Below, piece after piece: positions 39,540 through 52,047 of a stretch of 64,000 bases of DNA. Origin of the DNA: Rhynchobatus australiae. Its lineage: Eukaryota. The DNA lies in the NCBI GenBank assembly GCA_034780895.1, contig JAUZTB010000017.1:19180816-19244815 (forward strand). The letters are read 5' to 3'. Position 1 is the stretch's first letter. Each line of letters begins with the position of its first letter. The position numbers and the translations under genes are program-made. The notes under the pieces are model-generated. The model had not been told where the DNA came from, did not search any database, and saw only the letters and a program-made list of their open reading frames with translations.

Positions 39540-40440
39540 ATATCTAAAAATGATGAGGTGCTGGCCTTGTGAAGATGCAAAATGAGACATAAGGGTGTGG
39601 GGAGCAATATTACTATGGACTACAATATCGTACTATGTTCAATTCCAATTGCAACTCTTCGGCAAGTAAAGCAACCCATCCTGCATGTAGCAATACCTAG
39701 GCAGCATTCAAACATGTCTGAAAGGAGGTATGTGATGTTCATGTCACAAGAATGTCAAGTGATTACCAGCGACTACAAAAGAGGTTCTATCCACCTACCC
39801 TTGATATTCAATGGCGTAACTATCATTAAGTCCCCTGCCAAGAGCAGGATATACTGCGGCAAGTGACTCATTCCTTGAGATCCCAAGGCCTTTCTTCCAT
39901 TTATGAGGCACAAGTCTGTAGTGTGATGGAATACTCTCCACTTACGTGGATTAATGCAGCTCCAATGACTCTCAAGACATTAGGTTGGTACACCATCAAC
40001 CACCCTAATGTGGGTAATGCAATTAGCGTAGATAGGCATCATGGTCAGCATGGACAAGATGGGCTGATGGGGCCCTTTTTTGTCCTGTATGATTCTATTC
40101 TATTCCAAACATTCATTCCTTCCACTACTGCACAAAGTGGCTGCAGTGCATACCATCTATCAAATGCACCACAAAGATTCACCTAGGCAATTGTGGTAGC
40201 ATCTCCTCAGCCCATGACTTCCGTTGCCAAGAAGGGCGAGGGCAACAGGCACATGGGAATGCCAGCTTCTCCAAGTCGCCACCATTCTGAAATGGAAATA
40301 TATCACCAGTCCTTCATCGTAGCTGGGTCTAAATCCTAGAACTCTGTACCCAACTGCACTGTGGGAATACATTCACCAGAAGAACTGCAGCAGTTCAAGG
40401 AGGCAGCTCAGCACAACTTTCCCAAGGACCAATATGAATA
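39540..40440 (+). mobile_element. Old LINE 3' region (CR1/L2 clade)
   Basis: ORF 'SSIYEAQVCSVMEYSPLTW'; homologous to 48950-49920 and, on the minus strand, 62360-62900. Confidence 0.7.
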
Positions 40441-41789
40441 TACAAAAAAATNNNNNNNNNNNNNNNNNNNNNNNNNNNNNNNNNNNNNNNNNNNNNNNNN
40501 NNNNNNNNNNNNNNNNNNNNNNNNNNNNNNNNNNNNNNNNNNNNNNNNNNNTTAGTATGCATTCAGGAACAGTGAGGTGATCAAGCAGGCCAAGCAGTAT
40601 ATCAGATTGAAAGTTTCCATAGGCACCAAATATGAGATTACTAACAAAGTCATTTTGATTATGGTGAACTTTATTGAAACAAAGTTAAACTTAATATTTT
40701 AAAGAAAATCAAACAGTTACAGTGTATGAGTTATAACATCACATACAAATTACTGCCCTTTGCCCCTCTCTTTGTTTTTTTGTAGGGACTCCTGAACCCT
40801 CATGTCTGTCATTAACTAGATCTATCCTCTAAGTTGCTCATTGATAAGAGGACACGTACCCCAGACAGGCTCTAACTGAAGCTCCTGCTATAAGAACCCT
40901 CCTGTTTCTTGTCTTCTGCACATAGATTCTGCACATAACTGTCTGTTGCCAAGACAGTTAACTTGACAAATTGGCCATGACCTATCTCTTCAATACTGTT
41001 ATTAAGTGCTTCTTTGCTACACAAAGACTGTTTCCAGGCTATTCAATTAAGCAGGATATTTTCAGTGGTCAGGCTTCAGGCAAGAGTGGTGCAAAGAGTT
41101 GAAGTTCATCTGAAATTATTAATTCTGTGTTGATGGTGTCTCCAAACCCTATTAGTATTTGGTGGCAGAGTAGAGTATCACTGACTGTAACCTGCAGATA
41201 TTTGTGTTTAACAATGCTTGTCGGGAAGACACATGTTCTATAACGCCAGAGCTCATGTATCAAACAACCAAAGAAGGGTTGGAAAACAAATGGTATAGAA
41301 TACATCAGTTAGATTTTAGAATCATAACTTTGTTTTTTTTTCTATGACTACTTTTGACATGTTGTTAAATATCCATTTAGTCTGCCACCCTGATCACTTG
41401 CATTATGGACTGTTATAATAAATTAATTTGGATTCCATATCATTAAGGTATTTGCCATTTTGTAATTAAGCTTTAGGCAAATGTGAAATAAAGTTGAATT
41501 TCTTTTCTTAATTTTATGATATAAAAGGCCAATAATGTCATATATAGGTTGCAGAAAGCTTTTTCATAAAACCCCAATGTGTTTTGGTATATAATTTCAT
41601 GATGTGCTGAATTTGTCAAAGTTCCTAAAAACAAAAATACAATTTATATTAATTATTTTGACTTTGAAATCAAAAACACAATTTCTAACTTTGCAGGCAA
41701 TACCAAATTGTAGGTTACAATCAATACCTGGAGCAGATTTACCAGACAGGAATACATTTTCAAAGTAAATATACATATAATAGGCAAGG

Positions 41790-42420
41790 ATATTACAGGG
41801 CAGACAGAGGTGATGCGCTCCATTTTGGTAAGAAAAAGTCATATAATTTGGAAAATAGATCTAGGGCAGAGGATCTAAGGAATCTGAGAGTTCAGGTACA
41901 CTTATCAGCAAAATAAATAAGGCCACAAAAATTGCAATCAATCAGTAAGGTTGCTTTACTGGGAAGTGTACTAAAATTGCGAAGAAATTAATTAGGGCAT
42001 GTTTAGGAATACTGTGTACATTTCTGGTTACATGTTATAAGAAAGATATAGAAATCCAGAAGAGCATACAAAAAAAAGAGATTTACAAGGATGATACCAG
42101 GACTGCAAAGTTTTATTGATCAAGAAAGATGATTAAGGTGTTGAGGGAGGGGGAGAAATGAATTAATAATTTGAAGCTATAAAAGCTTCTGAAAGAATTG
42201 ATGTTAGTGGGGAAGTAAAAACTGGAGGCTGTCAATATAGGGAAGCCATTAGAAACTGATATGGAAAATGTGTAAGTAGCTACCATATGGAGCAGATGCA
42301 ATATATAGGTGAGCTTATAAGGCAGAGGGTTATACTGAGAGTTAGGTGAGGAAAAAAATTGTTGAGTGGAGCACAAGTACCCCCATGGATTATTAGAAAT
42401 GGCCGACTAATGCACTTCAT
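41790..42420 (+). mobile_element. CR1 LINE fragment (heavily decayed)
   Basis: Remnants of EYCVHFW..YKKDI and RFTRMIPGL. Confidence 0.6.
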
Positions 42421-43269
42421 GTTCTATGTAATAAATGAAATTCCTGTAACTCACTAATGTTTATTTAGCTTGCGTTGCTTCTGGACACGAACTCTACAAG
42501 CAAGAAAAAGAACTCTTGAAAGTCACCTGTAAAGGAAACCAATTCTTACATGGAGCTAAAACTATACAGAGAACAAACCAATTCCTAGTCATCCATGAGC
42601 AAACTGTTTTCTGATTCACAAACTGCTAGAGCAGATATGTGAAATCTTAAAGGAAAGTGCTCCTCCTCTTTGGAATTTGAAGGTTGCACACATGGAAGAA
42701 CTACACGTCACTAATCTATCAAACAAATGTTTGATTTCTCTGATGTGGCTAGAGGACAATAGCATACTACCTCTTCAATTTACAGTCTTTTGGGAACTTG
42801 TTTGAGTAATTGACTGCTTTAGAATTTCTCTGGAACAAGTTGAAAGTTGGTCTGACAGATGCAAATAAATTTAGAGAAATATAAAAATTGTATGAACTTG
42901 TCAAAATGAATTAAATGGCTTATTGCAAATTTGGCATGCTTGAAGCAAAATATAATGTCTCATGAATCATTGGTTTTCTTTCGCTTGAGTTACATTTGTC
43001 CATGGGAATGACACTGTAGAATATATGGGATTTTGTATTCAAGATCTGAATATTTAAGGACTGCTGAAGCCAAATGTAGATCTCAGGAATCCAGCTCAAT
43101 GCAACAGAATCTTGATTATAAGTTAACACAGAATGTCAAATGGAAGTTGATATGGATTCATTCCAAAATATAACATTGTGCATTCCAAAATATACTTTAA
43201 GTTGTGTGCATTTGATTCATTCTTATCACTGATTGCTCCCAGCTCAGTTAGTAGCAAACCAAAAATCTG

Positions 43270-43420
43270 GCTTAAAACAGAAGTTGTTGGAACTTCTCAG
43301 CAGGTCAGGCAGCATCTGTAGAAAGAGATGTAATGTTGACTGTTTGTCTTTCCATAAATGCTGACCTACTGCATGTTTCCAGCATTTTCTGTTTTTAGAG
43401 TTCCAGCATCTGCAGTGTTT
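43270..43420. mobile_element. Palindromic Penelope-like short element
   Basis: ctcagcaggtcaggcagcatc ... gctgacctactgc ... ttccagcatctgcag. Confidence 0.6.
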
Positions 43421-45736
43421 TGATTTAAAAACTGTATGTAATTTTTTTTGTGAGAATGTTATTGTCTTTTAGGTTACAGAATATATGCAATTTTTAAATG
43501 CAGGTAATCAGCAACAGCAAATATTGTTGTTTGTTAAAAAATAGGCTGTAATTTCCTTTCATATAGATGGTTAATTGTTTGTATATGTATTTTCATTGTA
43601 CTCAGAATGTTNNNNNNNNNNNNNNNNNNNNNNNNNNNNNNNNNNNNNNNNNNNNNNNNNNNNNNNNNNNNNNNNNNNNNNNNNNNNNNNNNNNNNNNNN
43701 NNNNNNNNNNNNNNNNNNNNNNNNNNNNNNNNNNNNNNNNNNNNNNNNNNNNNNNNNNNNNNNNNNNNNNNNNNNNNNNNGGGTTCCAAGGACCAAGACA
43801 TTGTGGAAATCTCGATAGTGCTTGAAAAGAAATTAGAACTTATAGAAGATCTTCTGTGGTGCTTTTGTATAGGGATTGATAAGGAGAAATAGAAGTTGGT
43901 GAAGATGAGTTTAGGCATAGGGGATAATTATGTCAATGTGAGCATTTGCAGTTCTTTTTAAAAGTCCATACTTCCTTTTAAGTAATGCCCTGATGTTAGA
44001 AATTGCTGTTTTCCTGTGGTTTTGCCTATGGAATCAAGTACAAGGTGATGCAGGGTTATGGAAATTTCTCTTCAATGTAAGCTGAAAGTCAGGAAATGAA
44101 AAACTGATGGATCATCCTGCCACTGCTAGCAGAAGCATAAAATCATGGTATGAGAAGGTTCCATAAATAATTACCATTAGAAATGTAGACAGATTGAAAA
44201 TTGAGGGGAGGGATGTGAGATGTTAAATATTCAAAGTATTTACAGTCAGCATTGGAGCAATGGTACTGGGTGCTGACCTCCAAGGAAACACCCCACAAAT
44301 ATCCAGGGATATCTGTGAGCTGAACTTCTCCATTTCTATGCCTGCTGACATTAGGCATCAGTTCAGCGGGTATCTCATGTCCAACAGCAGTGATGTAACA
44401 AAAAAGGCTGAGCAGTTAATTTCATTAAAAGATCATTGGATAATGCATCAGGAAGCAAATTTGCGGTTTCAAATTTTTCAAAAGTCCTACAAGTTTTGAA
44501 ACATGTATTTTATCAGGAAGTTGAAATTATATATTAAAAAGAAGTTATTTAAAATTATAAACAAAGCATTTACTTTAAAATCCAATTTAGTTTGAAGTAT
44601 TTGTGAGGGAATTAAAATACACCTACATAGAATTAATTTTTATGGCCAGATGGTTTGCTAAGGAGTAGTTATTCTCAGTATGATTCAGATTGCAGAGGCT
44701 GAAAATTGAACAGCCTGCAGAGGTATAATGAACTACTTACAACAATTTGGGATTTCCATGTTAAATTGCCTGTGTGGAAATTCCATGTTTTTGATAGTTT
44801 CATGGTCTAACGACAGTGAACACCAATTGTTTTACTGTCACTTCTAGCAGAATCTCGGACTATCTGCAAGTCACAAACTTTACATTTGGAAGCAAAGAAG
44901 TAAAATTAGTTCAATTAAATGAGTTCCTCTGCAGTACAGGCTGATGCATGAGTTTACGTGAAACAATATTTACAAGTGGGAAGCTGTAATTGTTATCCTT
45001 TCAATTTACAGCATCAAGTTATAATATAAATAAAGACACTGGAATATACAATGGGAGTTGTTCATGAAAAGGTGTGATATTAGAAAGTATTTTTTAAAAA
45101 TATTTTAACCATGTGAACACAGGAAAAAAAATTGCATAATAGATGACATTCAGAATCTGGGGTGTGGTAATGATTTGGGGAGAAATAATCCATTGATCAG
45201 AAAAATGATGTTAATTAACTGCTGATGTTAATTAGTTGCCTCCAAGTTTAATAATTGTTCTTCTCATCTGTTAATTTATATTTTAGCACAGTACCTCTAT
45301 AACCAAACAATATGTGTGAGAAATTTCAATCTAATAGAAGTTAGCACAGTGAAAGGTTGCCTCAAAGAGATTAAGATATTGGACTACTGATCTCTTCCGC
45401 AGTTGTTGAGGAAATAATTTGATGGCAGAGAACAGGTTTAAGGAGGCCTTAATTTATAGTTCCCACCACAAACCAATCTTGAAGGCACTTGTGACTGTTG
45501 TCAAGAATTCAAAATGAGTTTGGGGTTTTATTTGCTTGTCTGTTACTTGATCTATCACCTTGATTAGTAAGATTAGTTACCATTGGAATAATATGTATAT
45601 ATGCATACTGAATCTTATGTTGGTTAATAGTGATTCAGATAAAGTATTATCAAATATCATTTATCTACAATCAAACAGACTTTTGTGAACATTGCAAATG
45701 GTAAGACATTTCTTTCCACTATTCTTGTTGTTGCAG

Positions 45737-45809
45737 AACATTATTGAAAGCCTCTTATTTATCACTATCAGATTTTCTATCGCAAGCTCCATACCGAACT
45801 CTAAAAGAG
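45737..45809 (+). CDS. BTBD16: BTBD16 exon 2 (TLLKASYLSLSDFLSQAPYRTLKE)
   Basis: ttgcAG acceptor and GAG|gtacgt donor. Phase 2 to 0 exactly bridges exon 1 and exon 3; open frame. Confidence 0.65.
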
Positions 45810-46094
45810 GTACGTGAAGTTAGATTGAAACTTTACAGAAAATCTTTGTCTTCCATGAATACAGTTGTTTATATCACTTAATTTGAGGATGAGAGTAAAC
45901 CTGCAAATAGTATAAAAATGGACAGTGAGAGTTTCTACAGGTGTTTTAAAAAGGAAGAGAGTTGCTAAAATAAACATTGGTACCTGAAAGGATGAAACTA
46001 GTGAATTGGTAATGGGAAAAAGAGAAATAGTAGAGACTTTAATTATTTTGGATTGGTCAGTTGAAGACTCTTAAAAATGTTCCAATAAGTGGTA

Positions 46095-46260
46095 GATGGG
46101 TGCTATAGTGATGCAACAGTAATTGCGGGTGCCTCATACCTACAGTGAACCAGGTTTAACCTTGACCTCTCGTGTTCTTTGTGTGGAATTTGCACATTCT
46201 CCCTTGACTGTGTGGATCTCCTGCAGGTGCTCTGATTTTCCTGAATGTAGGTGAGTGATT
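46095..46260 (+). mobile_element. Decayed tRNA-SINE
   Basis: 'tgtgtggaatttgcacattctccc' core shared with the 3661 copy. Confidence 0.6.
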
Positions 46261-46687
46261 AGCGAATTCAGGATGGAGTTAATGGTCTAACCTGGCAAAG
46301 ATTCAGCAGGCAGATATCCCAGTATAGAAAGTTGGTGTCCAACATCCATGGCACAGGTTTCCTGGCACCTAAGGAAGGAAATGTCAGTAGTTCCATATGG
46401 AACCAGCAGCACTTCTCAANNNNNNNNNNNNNNNNNNNNNNNNNNNNNNNNNNNNNNNNNNNNNNNNNNNNNNNNNNNNNNNNNNNNNNNNNNNNNNNNN
46501 NNNNNNNNNNNNNNNNNNNGTTCCATATGGAACCAGCAGCACTTCTCAAGAAAGCCTGGATTTTTTTTACATTATTTAATGACATAAGAGATTTTTTTAA
46601 ATTTCTAGCTCAAGAATTGATTCCCAGTATCCTGTTACTGCTCCTCTTTATATCCTTCCTAATTTAGTGATGGACATTTGGAAATAA

Positions 46688-46859
46688 CAGTAAAACTCTG
46701 ATCCACTATCTGACCATTCAGAAATCCCAATGATTTGGCATCTGGCTCTCTAGGTGACGTTTGCCACGAATTAAAATGTGTTGGGTCACTAACAGGAAAA
46801 ACAAAAATCCAGAAAGTTTATTAATGCCTCAAGCATGTCAGATTATCTGAGTTTTACTG
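46688..46859. mobile_element. Tc1/mariner (Tigger-like) MITE
   Basis: Perfect 11-bp terminal inverted repeats CAGTAAAACTC / GAGTTTTACTG, with TA on the right flank. Confidence 0.7.
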
Positions 46860-46999
46860 TATAACCAATTAGGTGTAACAAATTCCTTATGATAGATTTA
46901 GTCTACTTTCCTCAAAATTTGGGGATCTTGTAACTATCCAGTGATGGGTAATTGGAAATTGTGCATATTGAAGTTTGCATGGGAAGGGTTACCAAAGTA

Positions 47000-47140
47000 A
47001 GAAGAAACTGCAGATGCTGGAAATCTGAAACAAAAGCTGGATAGGTTCTGATGAAGAGTCTTCAAACTGGAATGTTAACAGTTTCTCCACCAACAGATGT
47101 TGGCAGACTTGCTTAATGTCTTTAGCATAATCTGTTTCAG
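47000..47140. mobile_element. Penelope-like short element with a decayed hammerhead core
   Basis: ctgcagatgctggaaatctg ... CTGATGA AGAGTCTTCAAACT GGAATGTT. Confidence 0.55.
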
Positions 47141-47610
47141 AAAATGTAAACCATCAGTTCAGCCATGGGCAGCTTCAGAGCCAATCCATGGTCTCTTGAA
47201 GTCAACAGATGTACATTTGAAAAGTGGAATCTGATTTCCATTAACATTGGGAACCCAGGATTCTGATCCTTTTGTACGTAGAAGCACTAATACCAGATAT
47301 GTCTGCATCACCATCTCATTTAATTCAGTATTGACTAAAGATCAAACCAGAGATGATTCTGGCCCATGTGTTGCTGTGTCCCTCTTGCATTGCTTTTGGC
47401 TCCTGCGCCAGTTTGTAAATCCAATTTCTTTTGCAATATGTTGTGAGTGCTAATACAAAGAAATTGTTGGAACATTAAAAATACATATATTCCAGGTCTA
47501 TCTTCTTTTCAAATCAAGAAGAATGCGTTATTTTAGCCAATGCATTAAGAACGGAATAATTATTTTACAGTTTTGTGTGTTACACTTTTTTTAAAACCTC
47601 TGTAATCCAG

Positions 47611-47761
47611 GTTTCACTAACTGATAAAGTACGCATACAAGCTGGCATCACTAATCGTTTTCAGGCAAAAATGCCTTTGGATTCTGATTTGCTAGGAAGA
47701 GCACAGGCAACAAAAGCAGTTCAAGTCTGTTTCAATGAGTCATTACAAAGAATATTGACAG
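47611..47761 (+). CDS. BTBD16: BTBD16 exon (VSLTDKVRIQAGITNRFQAKMPLDSDLLGRAQATKAV...)
   Basis: ccAG acceptor and G|gtacca donor. Resembles the human BTBD16 N-terminus '[27 protein letters not shown]' (recalled). Confidence 0.85.
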
Positions 47762-48434
47762 GTACCACAATGTGAATGTGNNNNNNNNNNNNNNNNTTTC
47801 TGAAAGATTTTTGTGTTTGCAGTCATTTCTTTCAAATAGTGATAAAAATTTTAATCATAAAAGTATAGCATCTTGTTGTGCTGCTTCTTTTTAAAAAACC
47901 TATCCAATTAGTTCCATTCATGTACGCTTTTCACACAATCTTGCTATATTGTCTTTATAAGTCAGTTAAATCTCATTATGAAATTGCAGAGATTTGAAAG
48001 GAACTGGTTGCATATAAGCTGAGTATAATTTATTTTGTTAGTTTATCTTAGAGTTGGTGTAAAGCTGTGACTCAAAATCTTGTCTTCCCCATGTTAGGCA
48101 CGGCTTCCAAAAAATATAAATATTTCAAACAGCAAACTTAAAACAAATGCAAATCTCTAAATTCATAATGTGAGCCTCCTGAACTACCAAGATCCATTCC
48201 TAAATCAGCAAACCAGCCTTGGTAAATAATAGCGGAATAAATAATCAATGTAGTAGTCAGCTTCCTTTAAAGATATATGGTAAAGAAAGAGTACTTTCAT
48301 GGTGAAATATTTGTGAATTGAAATAAATGATCAACTGACATGTCTTCTACATGAAAAAAATAAAAGAAAACTTTAGGTAATAAAATAAGAATTGTATGTG
48401 TAAACAGATCCAATCCAGCTAATTACCACCCAAT

Positions 48435-48742
48435 GAAGACACAAGAGATGGCAGATGCTGGAATCTGGAAGCAACAAACAAGATGCTGGAGGACCTCAGC
48501 AAGTCAGGCAACAACTGTGGAGGGAAGTGGACAGTTGATGTTTTGGGTCAAGATGCTTCATCTGGACTGAAAGATAGGGGAGATAGCTAGTTTAAAGAGG
48601 TGAAGGGAAGGGGCATAGCAAGAGTTAGCAAGCGATTCGTGGATTCAGGTAAGGAGGTGTGATTTCCAGGTGGATCCAGGTGAGGAGAGTAATTTCCCTC
48701 CACAGATGCTGCCTGACCTATTGAGTTTCTCCAGCATCTTGT
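48435..48742. mobile_element. Penelope-like element with inverted arms
   Basis: aagatgctggaggacctcagc...gtcaggc / tgctgcctgacc...ctccagcatctt; decayed hammerhead on the minus strand at about 48532-48569. Confidence 0.65.
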
Positions 48743-48949
48743 TAATTACTGCTCAATCTGTGTGCTCTGAATCAAGACCAAAATGAAGGAGGATTATCAC
48801 AGTGCTTGAATTGGCCTTTACTTTCCAATAACCTGTGCATTCCTGCCTAGTTTGGGCTTCACCTGGAACACTCAGTTCCAGACTTATCATTCATTTAGAC
48901 CAAACATGAACCAAAAAAAATCAAGACAACATTTGGTTTAGTGTGACAT

Positions 48950-49920
48950 CAAGAAGCCCTGGTGGAACAATAGGCATCAAAGGAACAACATCATCCCTGC
49001 CCCAGGACAGGATTCCTCAAGGCAGTAATCTGGGCACAACCAGCTTCAGCTGCTTCATCAATGCCCTTACCTCCACCAGTAGGTCCTATCTAGAGATGTT
49101 CACTAACAAATGCACAATGTTCAATTCAAGTTTACANNNNNNNNNNNNNNNNNNNNNNNNNNNNNNNNNNNATGCAGCAGGACCTAGACAACAGAATAAG
49201 ATGGTCATTTTTTTTTGCTATGGAAGTAGAAGAAAATGACCATCTCAACAACAGAGAGTCCATTTACCTACTCTTGATATTCACTGGCATTACCATCTTC
49301 AAGGTCCCTACCATCAACATTCAGGGGGTCACCGTCAACTAGAAAGTCAGCTGGACCAGCCATATAAATACTATGGCTACCAAAGTAGGAACAAAGTGCC
49401 AAATCCTGTAATAGTGATTCATGTGACACCCCAAAATCTTTTCTGCATCTCCACTTCCCTGAACGAGTGCAGATCCAACAACACTCAAGAAGCTCAAAAT
49501 CTTCCAGGACAATGCTTGACTGGCACTCGATCTCTAAACATTTCTTTTGTCCACACCACTCCAACAAAGCTAGAATGTTTATCACCTACAAAATGTATTG
49601 TAGTTATTCATCAAGGCTAATCCCACAGCACCTCTCAAACCCATGGCCTCTACTGACAAGAACAAGGGCAGCAGATTCATTGAAACACAGAACCTGCTAG
49701 AGTTTTCTCTAAATTGCACACCCTACTGCCTTGGAAATATATCACCACTTCTAAATTGTCACTGAGTCAAAATTCTGAAACTCCCTACCAAATAACATTG
49801 TGGAGTACTTCTCCAGAAGGGCTGCAGCAGTTTAAGGAGATGGCTCACCAGCACTAAGGGGAGTTGATGTTGAGCAATAAATGTTGGCTTTGTCGGTGAT
49901 ATCAACCTCTCAACAAATAA
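48950..49920 (+). mobile_element. Old LINE RT and 3' region (CR1/L2 clade)
   Basis: ORF IPQGSNLGTTSFSCFINAL...MFTNKCT is a decayed PQGSVLGP...F/YADD RT motif. Confidence 0.75.
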
Positions 49921-50044
49921 ATGCACTGCAACCTGCTCTCTGATAAAATATGGTGAGTCATACAAAACATATCAGTGCATATGTACATAGACTGTACTCC
50001 ATTCTGTGAGGATTGTAACTGAATCAATTCTTTTGCATGTTCAG

Positions 50045-50189
50045 CTGATATTCCTACAACCCACTGGTCTGCAGAAAATGATCTATGTGCGTCTCCAACT
50101 CAACTTTCTAGCTGTATGCCCCATCTGCCAAAGTGTTATTCTGTTTCAAAGGCCAGAGATTCAATTAAACCCGTCTATCATAAAAGGAG
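50045..50189 (+). CDS. BTBD16: BTBD16 exon (ADIPTTHWSAENDLCASPTQLSSCMPHLPKCYSVSKARDSIKPVYHKR)
   Basis: ttcAG acceptor and AG|gtaaga donor; phase 1 to 2; open frame. No recognised human counterpart. Confidence 0.65.
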
Positions 50190-50745
50190 GTAAGAATCTT
50201 CTACAGAAAGTTTTTTTTAAACTGGAACTAATGATTGTCATCTTGGTATCCAACAGTTTTCCCACATTCCCTTTCCCCCAATGTAGGAAAAATAAGAGAT
50301 TTTCCTTTAAATANNNNNNNNNNNNNNNNNNNNNNNNNNNNNNNNNNNNNNNNNNNNNNNNNNNNNNNNNNNCAAGTATCACTTCACCTGCCTATCATGC
50401 CAAGTATGTCTAGAAAGTTTACTACTGATTGATATGATTTACTTCCTTTATAAATGTAAAACAAATTCCCATGAGGGTTAATGCCCTCAACACTACCGAA
50501 CAATACTGTTGTCTCCCCATTTTTTAATTCTCGTCACACTCTCAGTGATACAGTATCTCAAAGATATAGGTGCCCTATTATATTTTCTAATTAGATTGAC
50601 CTATCTGATGTAGGTATTATCTCAATATGAGGGCTACAGTACTCATTATATATCAATAGCTGGTTTAGGATACACATATTTCTGGCCTTTTAAGGTAAGA
50701 GTTTTCAAGATTCTTGAATGACTGTTGTTTCTTGATTACCTGTAG

Positions 50746-50819
50746 CTTACCTGAAGCTATTAAACCCAATGAAATCTCCTGTTGCTATTCAAGAAGACTG
50801 AGAGATGGCATGACTCCAG
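50746..50819 (+). CDS. BTBD16: BTBD16 exon (SLPEAIKPNEISCCYSRRLRDGMTP)
   Basis: tgtAG acceptor and CAG|gtttgg donor; phase 2 to 1 leads into the 'DVVLE' start of the BTB domain. Confidence 0.7.
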
Positions 50820-51644
50820 GTTTGGTTTATTTAATCCAGTTGTAATAACCATTACCAAAATTATTAGCTTGCTTATGATTTAGAATGGAAAGGTAGGTGT
50901 GGTCACGGACAAGACCAGTATTTATAGCCCTTCTCTGATTGCCCTGACGGTGGTGGTAAGCTAGCTTATTGAAAATGCTATGTCTTGCTTGGCCACTTCT
51001 TAAGGCAGTTAATAGTCAATCACATTGCTATAGATCTGGAGTCCAATGTAGGCCAGTCCATTGTATAGTTTCTTCCCTGAAGGACATAAGTGAAACAAAT
51101 GGGCCTCTTTTCAACAATCCAAACATTTCATGGTCACCATCATTGATATTTGTTTTATGTAAATTTATTCCATAAATTGAATTTCAGTTCCCAGGTGCCA
51201 CGTTGGGGTATNNNNNNNNNNNNNNNNNNNNNNNNNNNNNNNNNNNNNNNNNNNNNNNNNNNNNNNNNNNNNNNNNNNNNNNNNNNNNNNNNNNNNNNNN
51301 NNNNNNNNNNNGCTGCCACGTTGGGGTATGAATGCATATTTCTGACTTTTTTTTTGTCCATACCTCTGAATTACTGGTACACTGATATGACTGCTATGCT
51401 ATTTTACTCTGTACTATTGCATCCAACATTATATGAGTAGTTAGTACTGAAAACCCTGATACAGGTTTTCTCCTTTATTATGCTCAATTGTTAGGTGTAA
51501 AATGCTATTAATATTGGGTCTAAATGTACTTACCTTTTGCAAGTAGTTCTGTTGTGAACCTGTGTCACCCTCTTCCTGGATTAGCTTGTCTTCTGCACCT
51601 GCATATTTCAACACAAAAGTCAGAGATGAGCTGGAGGTCTGAGA

Positions 51645-52047
51645 GCAACACATAAAAGGGCTGGAGGAACTCAGCAGGTCAGGCAGGATCTATGGAGAGA
51701 AATAGACAGTCGATGTTTCAGGTTGAGACTCTTCATCAGGACTGAAAGATACAGGGGAGATAGCCAGTATAGGAGAGAATGGGTGGAGCAAGAGCTAGCA
51801 GGCAATGGGTGAATAGGCAGATGAGGGAAGGGAGAGTGGAAATTGGGTCAGAAACTGGGAGGTGGTAAGTGGATATGACAAAGGGCTGAAGGTGATGAGA
51901 TCTGATAGGAGAGGAAGGTGGAGCATGGAATAAAGTGAGGGAGGTGGGGAGAGCGGATGGGAATGGTTGTGGAGAGGAACCAGTTGGAGGAGTGTGTGCG
52001 TGATGGGCAGATGGAATGGGTGGAGGAGGGGAAAGAAATGGTGATGA
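51645..52047 (-). mobile_element. Penelope-like element end carrying a minimal type-I hammerhead motif
   Basis: Purine-rich (+ strand) tract; the minus strand reads CAGTC-CTGATGA-AGAGTCTCAACCT-GAAAC-ATC-GACTG. Confidence 0.7.

Noticed and set aside
42469-42528. Possible 60-nt phase 2-2 BTBD16 exon
   Set aside because: Weak donor (CT|gtaaag), no homology, and not needed for frame continuity.
43473-43503. 31-nt segment with a good acceptor and donor in BTBD16 intron 1
   Set aside because: Contains a stop in the required phase and does not preserve frame; cannot be supported without RNA data.
46390-46549. Identical 30-bp repeats separated by a spacer, superficially CRISPR-like
   Set aside because: The spacer is a 100-N gap, there are only two units, the context is eukaryotic and there are no cas genes. 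The same pattern occurs at about 51195-51330.
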